This document shows, piece by piece, positions 17,392-26,588 of a DNA stretch of 53,962 nucleotides. Below the pieces are notes generated by a model. The model had not been told where the DNA came from, did not search any database, and was given only the letters and a program-made list of their open reading frames with translations. Source of the DNA: an uncultured Aquifex sp. (GTDB lineage: Bacteria > Aquificota > Aquificia > Aquificales > Aquificaceae); NCBI GenBank assembly GCA_964590265.1, contig CAZPVY010000001.1, forward strand, positions 1-53,962, in the 5' to 3' direction. The position numbers and the translations under genes were made by a program. Numbering within the stretch: position 1 is the first letter of the stretch; each line of letters begins with the position of its first letter.

Positions 17392-18521
17392 GAAGAGCCA
17401 AACTCATAGGGAGTCTGAAGTACAGAAACCTCAGGTACACCAAGAACCATCCCCTGAGAATACCGAGAGTCTCACTGCTTCTTGAGTTTCTTGACAAAAT
17501 GAACTTGATAGATGATGGGGAGAAAGTTGAAGGAAGATCGGCAACCATAGAGGAACTGCTTTTGTTCCACGATAGAGAGTACATAGATACCTTAATAGAG
17601 GCTGACAGATGCCAGTGTGTTCCAAAGGGTGCAAGGGAAAAGTTCAACATAGGAAATTATGAGAATCCTGTATCCCCCGCCATGTACAAAGGTTCTTCCC
17701 TCGCGACAGGCTCCTCAGTTCAAGCAGTAGAACTCTTTCTGGAGGGTTACACTACGTTTAACCCTGCCGGAGGGATGCATCACGCTTTCAAAAGCAGAGC
17801 CCACGGTTTTTGCTTTATCAACGATCCTGTGATAGCTATTGAGGTTCTCAGGAAGAACGGTTTCAGGAAGATACTCTATATAGACCTTGACGCTCATCAC
17901 TGCGATGGAGTTCAGAGTGCGTATTACGAAGAAGATGACGTTTATGTATTCTCTGTTCATCAGTCTCCCGAATACTCGTTTCCTTTCAATACCGGTTTTC
18001 TTGACGAAAGAGGTAGCAGGAAGGGAAAGGGCTTTAATTTGAACATTCCCCTTCCCAAAGGTGTGAATGACAGCGAGTATCTCTTCATCCTTGAAAAAGC
18101 TCTTACCTATCTGAAGGATGTTTTTCATCCGGAGGTCTACGTTCTTCAGCTCGGAACGGATCCACTCCTTGAAGATCCTCTATCCAAATTTGAGCTCTCC
18201 AACAGAGGCTTTCTGCAGGCTTTTAGGATAGTAAGGGAAACCTTCGGTGAAGGGATCTATCTCGGAGGAGGTGGCTACCATCCTGTAGCATTGGCAAGGA
18301 GCTGGGCTATTCTCTGGTGTGAGATGTCTGGAAGAGATATTCCTGAAGAGATAAACCCGGAGGCAAGGAAAGTTCTTGAAACTGTTGAGTGGGAGGAGTT
18401 TGATGATGATGTGGACAGAAGTTATATGTATGAAAAGCTCCTTGATGAATGGAGAGGGGAAGAGATTAGAACGGAGATAAAGGAATTAGCCCTTAGGATG
18501 AAGGATACGATTTACTCCTGA
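17388..18521 (+). CDS. acuC: Zn-dependent lysine deacetylase (AcuC / HDLP, class I HDAC-like)
   Basis: HP...R, AGGMHHA, GFC, YIDLDAHHCDGVQ, GTD, GGGGY; closely resembles Aquifex HDLP as recalled. Confidence 0.95.
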   Translation: MRRAKLIGSLKYRNLRYTKNHPLRIPRVSLLLEFLDKMNLIDDGEKVEGRSATIEELLLFHDREYIDTLIEADRCQCVPKGAREKFNIGNYENPVSPAMYKGSSLATGSSVQAVELFLEGYTTFNPAGGMHHAFKSRAHGFCFINDPVIAIEVLRKNGFRKILYIDLDAHHCDGVQSAYYEEDDVYVFSVHQSPEYSFPFNTGFLDERGSRKGKGFNLNIPLPKGVNDSEYLFILEKALTYLKDVFHPEVYVLQLGTDPLLEDPLSKFELSNRGFLQAFRIVRETFGEGIYLGGGGYHPVALARSWAILWCEMSGRDIPEEINPEARKVLETVEWEEFDDDVDRSYMYEKLLDEWRGEEIRTEIKELALRMKDTIYS

Positions 18522-18523
18522 TC

Positions 18524-19708
18524 TTAGCAGGGATCAAGAGTCTTCATATTTATTTCCTTAATCGGGAGGCTAAGCTGAAGAGGTTCGAGCTTATAGTTCT
18601 TCACCTTTACCGGATAGTCATAAAACCTTAGCTTGGCACTCACTTCTTTGAATTCTTTTGGTCTGACAAAGGTACCGCATTCTTGGGAAAACTTTCCGAT
18701 CATTAGGTCGTTATCAAGCGTGAACGAGTAGGTGTAGCCTGCAAACAAACCCTCTTTTGTCAGGTATCTAATAGACTCTATTCCGTCTCTACCGATTGCA
18801 AAACCTTTTATAACCCTGAAGTTCCCATCAAGTAGGAGAGCCATTCCATCTGAATCTCCGTCCTTGTAAGTATCTCCCATTACAAGTAATCCATTATCTC
18901 TTTCTGTAAAAACTCTTCCGTAATCAAAATCTCCTCCGTCATAGAGGAAGTATTTTCCGCTTTCGGGGAATACCATTAATACATCGCTTGTATCCCTCGC
19001 TTCCGATCTGCCGACAGCAAGAACTTTATTCTTATAAATTCCAACGTAACGCAGGTAGTCCTTACTGTCGCTTCCGAAGAGCTTTGCAGAGACAATCTTT
19101 GCGTCTGGTGTCAGCTCAAGAAAGAAGCCGTCCCAGTTTCCTCTGAAGTTACTCCTGCCGACTACGTAATATCTGTTCCTATATTCAACCACACCGTAGG
19201 CATACTCTTCTGCAGTCGTTCCTATCCTTTTAGACCATAACACTTTCAGATCACCGCCCAGCTTGATAATGAGAATATCCCAATCTTTATCCTGAACACC
19301 TCCCACGAGGACGTATCCATCCTTTACTTTTCTCATGAACCAGAGCATATCGTTTCCGTTCCCACCGAGCACAAGGGCAGTTTCAGGCTTATCGTTCCCA
19401 AAGACAACCAGAACCATGTCCATATTTCCCCGAGCAAGGGTGGTAACGCCTGCCATACAACCCCTTCCGTACCTTTCAACCGTGTAGCTGTAATCATCCC
19501 TATCCGAGCCCAGAACAAAGATCCTGCACTCTTTTGAGCAGACCCCGAAAAGGGCATCGTATCCGTTATTACCCTCATCCCTTCTACCTGCAAAACATAC
19601 ATTGCTTGTAAGCTTTCTAATTGCAAAAGCCCCCTCGTTACTTTCTGTTGAGAAGATCTTTATCTGAGGAAAGGCAAGAGACACAAGGATAAGAATAAGG
19701 ATAAGCAT
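18524..19708 (-). CDS. Secreted beta-propeller-like repeat protein
   Basis: Short hydrophobic signal peptide; about 7 repeats of roughly 45 aa (G...D......, hydrophobic strand-G, D-hydrophobic strand). Confidence 0.65.
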   Translation of the reverse strand: MLILILILVSLAFPQIKIFSTESNEGAFAIRKLTSNVCFAGRRDEGNNGYDALFGVCSKECRIFVLGSDRDDYSYTVERYGRGCMAGVTTLARGNMDMVLVVFGNDKPETALVLGGNGNDMLWFMRKVKDGYVLVGGVQDKDWDILIIKLGGDLKVLWSKRIGTTAEEYAYGVVEYRNRYYVVGRSNFRGNWDGFFLELTPDAKIVSAKLFGSDSKDYLRYVGIYKNKVLAVGRSEARDTSDVLMVFPESGKYFLYDGGDFDYGRVFTERDNGLLVMGDTYKDGDSDGMALLLDGNFRVIKGFAIGRDGIESIRYLTKEGLFAGYTYSFTLDNDLMIGKFSQECGTFVRPKEFKEVSAKLRFYDYPVKVKNYKLEPLQLSLPIKEINMKTLDPC

Positions 19709-19764
19709 GAGAATTTATGATAACAGCATAGAAAATTGCTCAGAAACTCTTAGAATAAAACTCT

Positions 19765-21306
19765 ATGGATATTGACATAGTTTCCAGAGGAAAGCACACC
19801 CTGCACGGACTGAACTTCTACCTCTCGTACTTTGATGACATCGCAAAGATTCTTCCAAGGGAAGACCTGTGCTTTATAGTTGGTGGATGGGTCAGAGACA
19901 GGATACTCGGAGAACCTGTAGGTTACAACATAGATGTTGATCTGCTTGTCACCTGTGATCCCGTTAAGATAGCTCAGGAGTTTGCAAACAGAACTGGTGG
20001 ACACTTCTTCGTCTTTGAGAAAAAGGGACTTTTAATAAAAAGACCAGTCATCGCATCCGTAGTCATACACCTTCCTCCTTACAGGTACAGGTTTGACTTT
20101 TCACAGGTCAAAGGAAAGAACATTGAAAAGGCTCTTGAGGAGGATCTTAGAGAAAGGGACTTCACAGCAAACGCAATAGCAGTGAATCTTGATGACGTTC
20201 TCAGCATAGGTGCAAAACAGACGATAGTCTTTGATCCAACGGGCGGGATAAAAGATCTTGAGGAAGGGCTTCTAAGACCCATATCTTTAGAGAATTTGAG
20301 AAGAGATCCTGTAAGGATTCTGAGAGGATTCAGGCTCTCAATAGAGAAGGATCTCCAACTAACGGAGGACTTCTACGAGTTCGTCAGTCATCGTAAGGAA
20401 CTTGTCCTTAAAGCTCCCGCAGAGAGGATAACTTACGAGCTTTTTAAGATAATGAAGCATCCGAAGGGTTCTAAGGTTATAAGAAAGCTCTACGAAGTGG
20501 GTCTCCTTGAGATAATAATTCCCGAGTTTGGGAAATTGAAGAGGATAAAGGATCAGGGAGATCATCACATATATCCCCTTGATGAACACATCCTGAAAAC
20601 TCTTGAGGAAGTTGAAAGAGTAATAGAGGAAAGGGAGAACTACCTCAGCGTTGAGCTTCTCGGAGACTTCGGGTGCAGGAGGTTTTTGGGAGAGTTCACA
20701 GATGTTGAGCTTTTAAAGTGGGCTGCTCTTCTTCATGATATTGGCAAGCCTGACACCTTTGAGATAAAGGAGGGAAAGATCACATTCTACAACCACGATA
20801 AGGTTGGAGAGGAGATAGTTAAAAAAACAGGCAAAAGATTGAAGTGGGGCGAACAGGCAACTAAGTTTATTGCAAAACTTGTTAGATACCATCTAAGACC
20901 CTTCTATCTGAGGGAGTCCTTCTTGAGGGGAGAGCTTAAAAGAAAAGGGATGGCAAGATTCTGGAAGGAGTGTGGAGACATAGCTCCTCATCTGTTTTTA
21001 CTTTCAATCGCTGATGCCTACGCAAGCGGGGATAATGAAGAGGAGATAAAGGCTTTATTAGAGACAATAAGTGAGCTTGAAAGCTTTAAGAGGAACGAAC
21101 TCAAGGAGTCAAGGCTCATTCCTCTTTTGAATGGACACGAGATCATGGCGATACTGAGCATCTCTCAGGGAAAGATGGTTGGAGAAATAAAAAAGAAGCT
21201 GGAAGAAGCCCAGATGGAAGGAAAGGTAAGGACAAGAGAGGAAGCGGTGGAGTTTATAAAGAAAGTTTATGAGAATATACTCTCTGGAGGTCTGAATCAT
21301 GCTTGA
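19765..21306 (+). CDS. CC-adding tRNA nucleotidyltransferase (class II, HD domain)
   Basis: VGGWVRD..., [31 protein letters not shown]; 513 aa and N-terminus match my recollection of the Aquifex CC-adding enzyme. Confidence 0.85.
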   Translation: MDIDIVSRGKHTLHGLNFYLSYFDDIAKILPREDLCFIVGGWVRDRILGEPVGYNIDVDLLVTCDPVKIAQEFANRTGGHFFVFEKKGLLIKRPVIASVVIHLPPYRYRFDFSQVKGKNIEKALEEDLRERDFTANAIAVNLDDVLSIGAKQTIVFDPTGGIKDLEEGLLRPISLENLRRDPVRILRGFRLSIEKDLQLTEDFYEFVSHRKELVLKAPAERITYELFKIMKHPKGSKVIRKLYEVGLLEIIIPEFGKLKRIKDQGDHHIYPLDEHILKTLEEVERVIEERENYLSVELLGDFGCRRFLGEFTDVELLKWAALLHDIGKPDTFEIKEGKITFYNHDKVGEEIVKKTGKRLKWGEQATKFIAKLVRYHLRPFYLRESFLRGELKRKGMARFWKECGDIAPHLFLLSIADAYASGDNEEEIKALLETISELESFKRNELKESRLIPLLNGHEIMAILSISQGKMVGEIKKKLEEAQMEGKVRTREEAVEFIKKVYENILSGGLNHA

Positions 21307-22519
21307 ATTGATGCCTCTGGAAGAAGCTTTAAGGATAGTTCTTGAGAATGTCAAGCCTTTGGATACAGAACGAGTTTTTTTAGATAAGGCTCTCGGCAGG
21401 GTTTTGGCTGAGAACGTGGTTTCGGACACGGACAAACCTCTCTTTGATAACTCAGCTATGGATGGCTATGCAGTGAGATATGAAGACATAAAAGGAGCAG
21501 ATAAGGGAAGACCAGCAGAGCTTAGGCTCAAGGGCGATTACTTTGCAGGAACCTCTGAAAGCCTCAGGGTTGAGAAGGGGACGGCTGTAAAAATATTTAC
21601 GGGTGCACCTATACCTGAAGGTGCGGATACGGTCGTTCCTGTTGAGTATGCAGAGGAAAAAGAAGGAATCGTTTACATAAAAAGGGAGTTTAAGAAAGGA
21701 GCGAACGTTAGGCTTAAAGGTGAGGATGTGAAAGCTGGAGAGTTAGTTCTGCCGAAGGGAAAGGAAATAAGGGGTTACGAAGTGGGTATGCTGGCTTTCA
21801 TAAACAGAGGGACGGTTAAGGTTTACAGAAGACCCCGCGTGGCTATACTCTCAACAGGAGATGAGCTCCTTGAGGTCGGAGAACTTCAAACACGATCTTC
21901 ACAGATAAGAAGTTCAAACCACCATATGCTGTATGCTCTTGTGCAGGATGCAGGAGGTGTCCCACACCAGCTCGGAATAGCTCCCGATGAACCTCAGAAA
22001 CTTCTTGAGGTTCTGAGAACCTGCCACAGCTATGACATATTCATTACTACCGGCGGTGTCTCAATGGGTGAGAAGGATTACGTTCAGTATTTAGTTAAAG
22101 AGGTGGGTATTGATGTGAAATTTCACAGGCTCAGGATAAAGCCTGCAAAACCCGTTCTCTTCGGTACATACGGGGATAACAAGCTTTTCTTCGGACTTCC
22201 CGGAAATCCTGTATCCTGCGCTGTAGCCTTTGACCTGATAGTTTACCCGGCGATAAGAACTATGCTCGGATACAAGGATATATTCAAACAGAAGGTAACA
22301 GCGGTTCTTACAAAAGGCTTTAAAAGGAAGGGTGCAGAGAGGCGCGAGTTCGCAAGGGCTAAGGTGTGGTTTGAAAAGGGGAGATACTGGTGTGAGCCCC
22401 ATCCAAAACAGCAGTCCCATATGCTCACCTCTCTGGTTGAAGCTAACGCTTACATAGTAATCTATGAAGGAGTGAAAGAGATCAAAGAAGGGCAGGAGGT
22501 GGAGGTAGTTTTATTTTAG
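21299..22519 (+). CDS. moeA: Molybdopterin molybdotransferase
   Basis: [37 protein letters not shown]. Confidence 0.96.
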   Translation: MLELMPLEEALRIVLENVKPLDTERVFLDKALGRVLAENVVSDTDKPLFDNSAMDGYAVRYEDIKGADKGRPAELRLKGDYFAGTSESLRVEKGTAVKIFTGAPIPEGADTVVPVEYAEEKEGIVYIKREFKKGANVRLKGEDVKAGELVLPKGKEIRGYEVGMLAFINRGTVKVYRRPRVAILSTGDELLEVGELQTRSSQIRSSNHHMLYALVQDAGGVPHQLGIAPDEPQKLLEVLRTCHSYDIFITTGGVSMGEKDYVQYLVKEVGIDVKFHRLRIKPAKPVLFGTYGDNKLFFGLPGNPVSCAVAFDLIVYPAIRTMLGYKDIFKQKVTAVLTKGFKRKGAERREFARAKVWFEKGRYWCEPHPKQQSHMLTSLVEANAYIVIYEGVKEIKEGQEVEVVLF

Positions 22520-22753
22520 ATAACCTTTAAATTTCTGAAAGTTTATCAGTTTCTCTGCAATGTCCAGCTTCTTTTTCTCTGCTTTTTGTATTAAGAACTC
22601 TATTATCTTTAAAGCCTCCTCATAGTCTTCTTTTTTCAGGTTTTTAAAATCAAGGGATACGATACGCTCAAGGGTCTTCATCAAATTGTCAAAATCCCCC
22701 TCCTCAAGATACACCTCGCATTTTAAAAGAATGTCTTTGAGATTTTCATTCAT
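22511..22753 (-). CDS. Small helical protein downstream of fliS (positional FliT candidate)
   Basis: 80 aa, amphipathic-helix pattern, overlaps the fliS stop, ends in Y-L-K. Confidence 0.55.
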   Translation of the reverse strand: MNENLKDILLKCEVYLEEGDFDNLMKTLERIVSLDFKNLKKEDYEEALKIIEFLIQKAEKKKLDIAEKLINFQKFKGYLK

Positions 22754-23162
22754 TCGCCCTCGCTGTAACCTCCTCTTTTCCGTAAACTTTTTTCTCCGCC
22801 TCTTCCCACGCTTCCTTCAGTTCTTCAAGTATCTCCTTTATATTATTTAAAATTGCAACATCATTTCTCATATTTGCTCTCACAATTTCATTTATAAGAA
22901 CATCATAGATTTCGTCAAGATTTTTAGCTATCTCCTGCCCTCTTTCTACGTCAAGAGAAGCCTTCAGAACAATCAGTATATCCATAACTTTAGTTAGGTT
23001 TTCTGCTTTGGTCTTCACATTCTCTGTGTCATCAAGCCCGTTTTGTATAGCTTCTATTGCGGTGTCTATGCAAGAGAGAGCTTTGTCGTAGAGCATTATT
23101 ACAAGCTGGATCGGATTTGCGTTTTCAATCATATTCTGCAAATATATATCTGCTGGGTTCAT
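22746..23162 (-). CDS. fliS: Flagellar export chaperone FliS
   Basis: Y....I..A.P.QLV.MLYD, L..SLD...G.EIA.NL..IY, EL.EAW. Confidence 0.93.
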   Translation of the reverse strand: MNPADIYLQNMIENANPIQLVIMLYDKALSCIDTAIEAIQNGLDDTENVKTKAENLTKVMDILIVLKASLDVERGQEIAKNLDEIYDVLINEIVRANMRNDVAILNNIKEILEELKEAWEEAEKKVYGKEEVTARANE

Positions 23163-24493
23163 TGCTGACCACCTCCTTTAGTCATCTGAGAAAGGGTAAC
23201 TATAAACTGCTTAAGCCTGTCCCTTATCTCATTAGCCTGAGCTATAAAAGCTTCAAGCTGTGCATACTCCCTCCTGAGAGCCTGCTCCTCATCGGCAAGT
23301 CTCTGAGCAAGCTGGTTTATTCTCTCGTCTATCCGTTCTATCCTGCTATTGTAGGTGTTCTCAAAGCTCTGAAACAGGCTCTTCTCAGCCTCAAGGAACG
23401 ACAGGAAGCTGTCCTTCAGCTCGCTGAGAGCATCCTTGACTCCTTCAGCGTTTGTACTGAGTAGCTCGTTCAACTTGTCCGTTCTGAGGGAGATCTTCCC
23501 CGTGTCTCCGTTGTAATCTATGAGTCCAAGTTTTATAAGGGGATCAAGCCTTTCAGCCAGACCGGTTTTGACACTCGCTATCGTGTAGTCGCCTCTGAAG
23601 AGAGCCTGATCCCCCGCTGTGAGCGAATCAACAAGCTCTACCGTCGCGTTGTACTTATCAACAAAGCTGTTCAGGAAGGAGGAAACCTGTGAGTAACTCT
23701 CCGTGATAGTAACGGTAGAAGAGCCTGTGTTTTTCACCTCAAGAGTAACGCCGCTTATCACGCTCTCAAAGGTGTTTGAGGGGCTCGCAACAGGCGACCC
23801 AGAACCAATCACAATTTCTGCATTCTGGGCAGACTGGATTGTATCCAATCCCGTTCCGAGCTCTGCTGGCAGACCTGTAACGTTTATCGCATAAACTCCA
23901 CCGACGGTATCCGTCTCTACGGTAGAAGCTCCTACGTCTGTTTCCGAAAGCATCAGCCTGTAAGTCGCTCCGTCAAAGTATATGGAAGCCTTTACCCTGC
24001 TCTGCGCAGAATTTATAGTATTCACAAGATCCTCAAGTGTCTGACCTGCAGAGTAGTTAACGCTAAAAGTTTCCGTTCCAGAGCCCGTATCGTAAGTTAT
24101 GGTGAGAGTGCCCGAGTTGGTGAACGTTCCTGTTAGACTGGAAAATCCGCCACTCGTGACTCTGATCTCACTCTGAGCGAGCTTGTTTACTGTTACGGAG
24201 AACTCAAGGTTCGGAGCATTTTCTGTGACAGTCGCGTTCAAAATATCCGTATTAGAGACACTCGCTTTCTTCCCTTTGAAAAGATCATCAACGTTGAGGT
24301 TTTCAAATATAGATAGAAAGTTACCTATAGCTCCCGAAAGGTTACCGAGGGAGGAGAGCTTCGCCTGCACGGAGGCTTTTTCCTGCTGGAGCCTCTGAAG
24401 GGGGATAGATTTGAGCTGCATTATCCGATCAACGATAGCACCACTGTCAAAACCCGTGTTTGTAAGACCAGTAAGATATAGCTCCCCAGCCAT
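23159..24493 (-). CDS. fliD: Flagellar filament cap protein FliD
   Basis: GL.TGFD...IV, V..LAQ, AQNA, SNTF..VI.GVTL, FV..YN and a C-terminal coiled coil. Confidence 0.93.
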   Translation of the reverse strand: MAGELYLTGLTNTGFDSGAIVDRIMQLKSIPLQRLQQEKASVQAKLSSLGNLSGAIGNFLSIFENLNVDDLFKGKKASVSNTDILNATVTENAPNLEFSVTVNKLAQSEIRVTSGGFSSLTGTFTNSGTLTITYDTGSGTETFSVNYSAGQTLEDLVNTINSAQSRVKASIYFDGATYRLMLSETDVGASTVETDTVGGVYAINVTGLPAELGTGLDTIQSAQNAEIVIGSGSPVASPSNTFESVISGVTLEVKNTGSSTVTITESYSQVSSFLNSFVDKYNATVELVDSLTAGDQALFRGDYTIASVKTGLAERLDPLIKLGLIDYNGDTGKISLRTDKLNELLSTNAEGVKDALSELKDSFLSFLEAEKSLFQSFENTYNSRIERIDERINQLAQRLADEEQALRREYAQLEAFIAQANEIRDRLKQFIVTLSQMTKGGGQQ

Positions 24494-24495
24494 AA

Positions 24496-24864
24496 CTACA
24501 CCTTCTCGTTAAGCAGAACACCCAACATCTGGTCAATCCTTTTCATGAGCTCCAGTAGATAATCAGGTGGTATCTGTCTTATGAGCCTGTTCGTGTCCCT
24601 TTCAAAGATCTTCACAACGGGTATCTCAAGCTGATCGTCAATATCAATCTTCAGGTATCTGTTCAGGTAGTCGAGCTTCCTCCTTATCTCCTGAAGTATC
24701 CTCTGGAGTTCTTCCTTGCTCAATGTAGTTTCCTGAACAGTCTCCTTAGCCCTTTTTTCTATATCTTTACGGACTGTTTCAATACTCCTGTTCATATCCG
24801 CCTGTCTTGATGCCTGCCTTATGATTTCATAATCAACCTCAGAACTTTTACTATTCACCCTCAT
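24496..24864 (-). CDS. flaG: Flagellar protein FlaG
   Basis: VVKI....T...IRQIPP motif; lies between flagellin and fliD. Confidence 0.92.
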   Translation of the reverse strand: MRVNSKSSEVDYEIIRQASRQADMNRSIETVRKDIEKRAKETVQETTLSKEELQRILQEIRRKLDYLNRYLKIDIDDQLEIPVVKIFERDTNRLIRQIPPDYLLELMKRIDQMLGVLLNEKV

Positions 24865-24878
24865 GGCAGGTTCTCCTT

Positions 24879-24914
24879 TTCAGGCGGAGGGAAGGGCAAG
24901 CCTTCCCCCCTGAA
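24879..24914 (-). terminator. GC-rich hairpin after the flagellin stop (partial terminator or mRNA 3' stabiliser)
   Basis: TTCAGG..GGGAAGG-GCAAG-CCTTCCC.CCTGAA; no U-tract on the coding strand. Confidence 0.5.
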
Positions 24915-24919
24915 TCTTA

Positions 24920-26479
24920 TTACCTCAGAAGCTGGAGAACCAGCTGGGGTAGTGTATTTGCCTGTGCGAGCATCGCTATACCGGACTGCATCCTGATCTG
25001 CATCGTAGTGAATGTTGCCATCTCCTTGGCGAAATCCACGTTCCTTATGACGTTCTCAGCCTCGTTTGTGTTGTCTTGAGCAACTTTCTGGGCATCGTAT
25101 ATGGACTGGAGGTTGTTCATGACAGCACCCATCTGGGAACGGACAGTATCAACTTTTTTCATAGCTCCGTCTATTATAAGAAGTGCCTTCTCCGCACCTG
25201 TATTTGTTGAAACATCAATGTTGTTGAGGCTTTCAAATTGGAGAGTTCCAAAGGTTAATCCTCCAAGACTTCCTGCTGTCGTTACAGAGAAGCCCTCTAT
25301 AGAGGCAAGTGTAAGCTCACCAATGGCAACCCCGTGTCCTGTTGTTCCTCCAGCTGTACCTGTTATAGTGGTAGTAGCTCCTGCGTTAACAATCTTGTTC
25401 AGATCTATGGTTGTACCAGCTCCCGAGGTATCGGTCGCAGTTACTTCTACAGATATTGTTTCCCCATTTGCAGACGTAAGAACGAGTTTTGTCCCTCCAG
25501 CATCTTTACTTGCCTGAAGCTTACCGCTTGTGTTCAAAGATGAGGTGTTTATATCCTGAATGAACTGATCCAGACTCGGATTGGTTGTTGAATCATAGGT
25601 TTTATCAAATACCTTTGAATCTCCCACATATATAACTACTCGGATAGAGCCATCAGTGTCTATTGTAGCAAGACTTGCTCCAAAATCCGCACCTGCTGTC
25701 TCTGTATTGGAAGCAGTAGCTCTAAGACCATGCTGCTGAGCGGTAGAATTCTCATTTATAGTTTTTGCTATAACCGAAGCGTCAAGGACCGGACTTGCAC
25801 CTGTGTAGGGAGTAACGCTCATCTGAGATGCACTATTGAGGACAATACTATCACCACCTATGTCGATCGTGATAGAATCACCAGTATCAAATGTATAGTT
25901 GTTGTTTACATTTGTAAGATCAGCAGCAGCACTAGCTGTAGTACCTCCAGTTACATCCATAGTATACGACCCAAGAACGCTTGCACGAAGGCTCGCTATG
26001 CTTACGTTTACCACCTGTCCACTTCTAGGTCCGTAGTGTATGTATTTGTTAGTAAACGTCCCGTCGAGGAGCTTTATCCCGTTGTATTCTGTGTCTTTGG
26101 CTATTTTGTCGATAGCATCGACAAAGTTTGATATCTCCCTCTGGAGCGCAGCCCTTGCGTTGGGGTCGTTGATATCGTTGGCGGCGTTTTCGGCTTTGAC
26201 GTAGATTTCCTTAAGCTTGTTGTAAATCTGACCGGCAGAGTTCTCGGCTATCTGAAGCGCCGAAATTCCCGTTTGGATGTTTCTGTTACCTTGTTCAAGA
26301 CCGGCGGAGACAAGGGCAAGTTGATCTGCTATGAACAGACCTGCGGAGTCGTCCGCAGCGTTCAAAATCCTGAGACCGGTTGAGAGTCTCAGGAGCGACT
26401 TGTTCATAAGTCGCTCGTTTTGCTTGAGGGCGGTATGTGTTACCGCCGACTCATAGTTAAAGTTAATTCTAAGAGCCAT
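24920..26479 (-). CDS. fliC: Flagellin
   Basis: MALRINFN, RLSTGLRI..AADD.AG, T.YNG.KLLDG, R...GA..N.L, I..VDFA.E, LAQAN; ATG 26479 follows GGAGGTG. Confidence 0.97.
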   Translation of the reverse strand: MALRINFNYESAVTHTALKQNERLMNKSLLRLSTGLRILNAADDSAGLFIADQLALVSAGLEQGNRNIQTGISALQIAENSAGQIYNKLKEIYVKAENAANDINDPNARAALQREISNFVDAIDKIAKDTEYNGIKLLDGTFTNKYIHYGPRSGQVVNVSIASLRASVLGSYTMDVTGGTTASAAADLTNVNNNYTFDTGDSITIDIGGDSIVLNSASQMSVTPYTGASPVLDASVIAKTINENSTAQQHGLRATASNTETAGADFGASLATIDTDGSIRVVIYVGDSKVFDKTYDSTTNPSLDQFIQDINTSSLNTSGKLQASKDAGGTKLVLTSANGETISVEVTATDTSGAGTTIDLNKIVNAGATTTITGTAGGTTGHGVAIGELTLASIEGFSVTTAGSLGGLTFGTLQFESLNNIDVSTNTGAEKALLIIDGAMKKVDTVRSQMGAVMNNLQSIYDAQKVAQDNTNEAENVIRNVDFAKEMATFTTMQIRMQSGIAMLAQANTLPQLVLQLLR

Positions 26480-26513
26480 GGCTGACACCTCCTAAGGATT
26501 TTGTCAGTTATCT

Positions 26514-26540
26514 ATATCGGTTGAGCTGTAAAGTTTTTTA
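26514..26540 (-). promoter_or_regulatory. Sigma-28 (FliA) promoter of the flagellin operon
   Basis: TAAA-N15-ACCGATAT against the consensus TAAA-N15-GCCGATAA. Confidence 0.85.
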
Positions 26541-26588
26541 ATCCATAGACATAAGCAAGCTCTGGTCCGCAATGTAAAATAATTCCCT

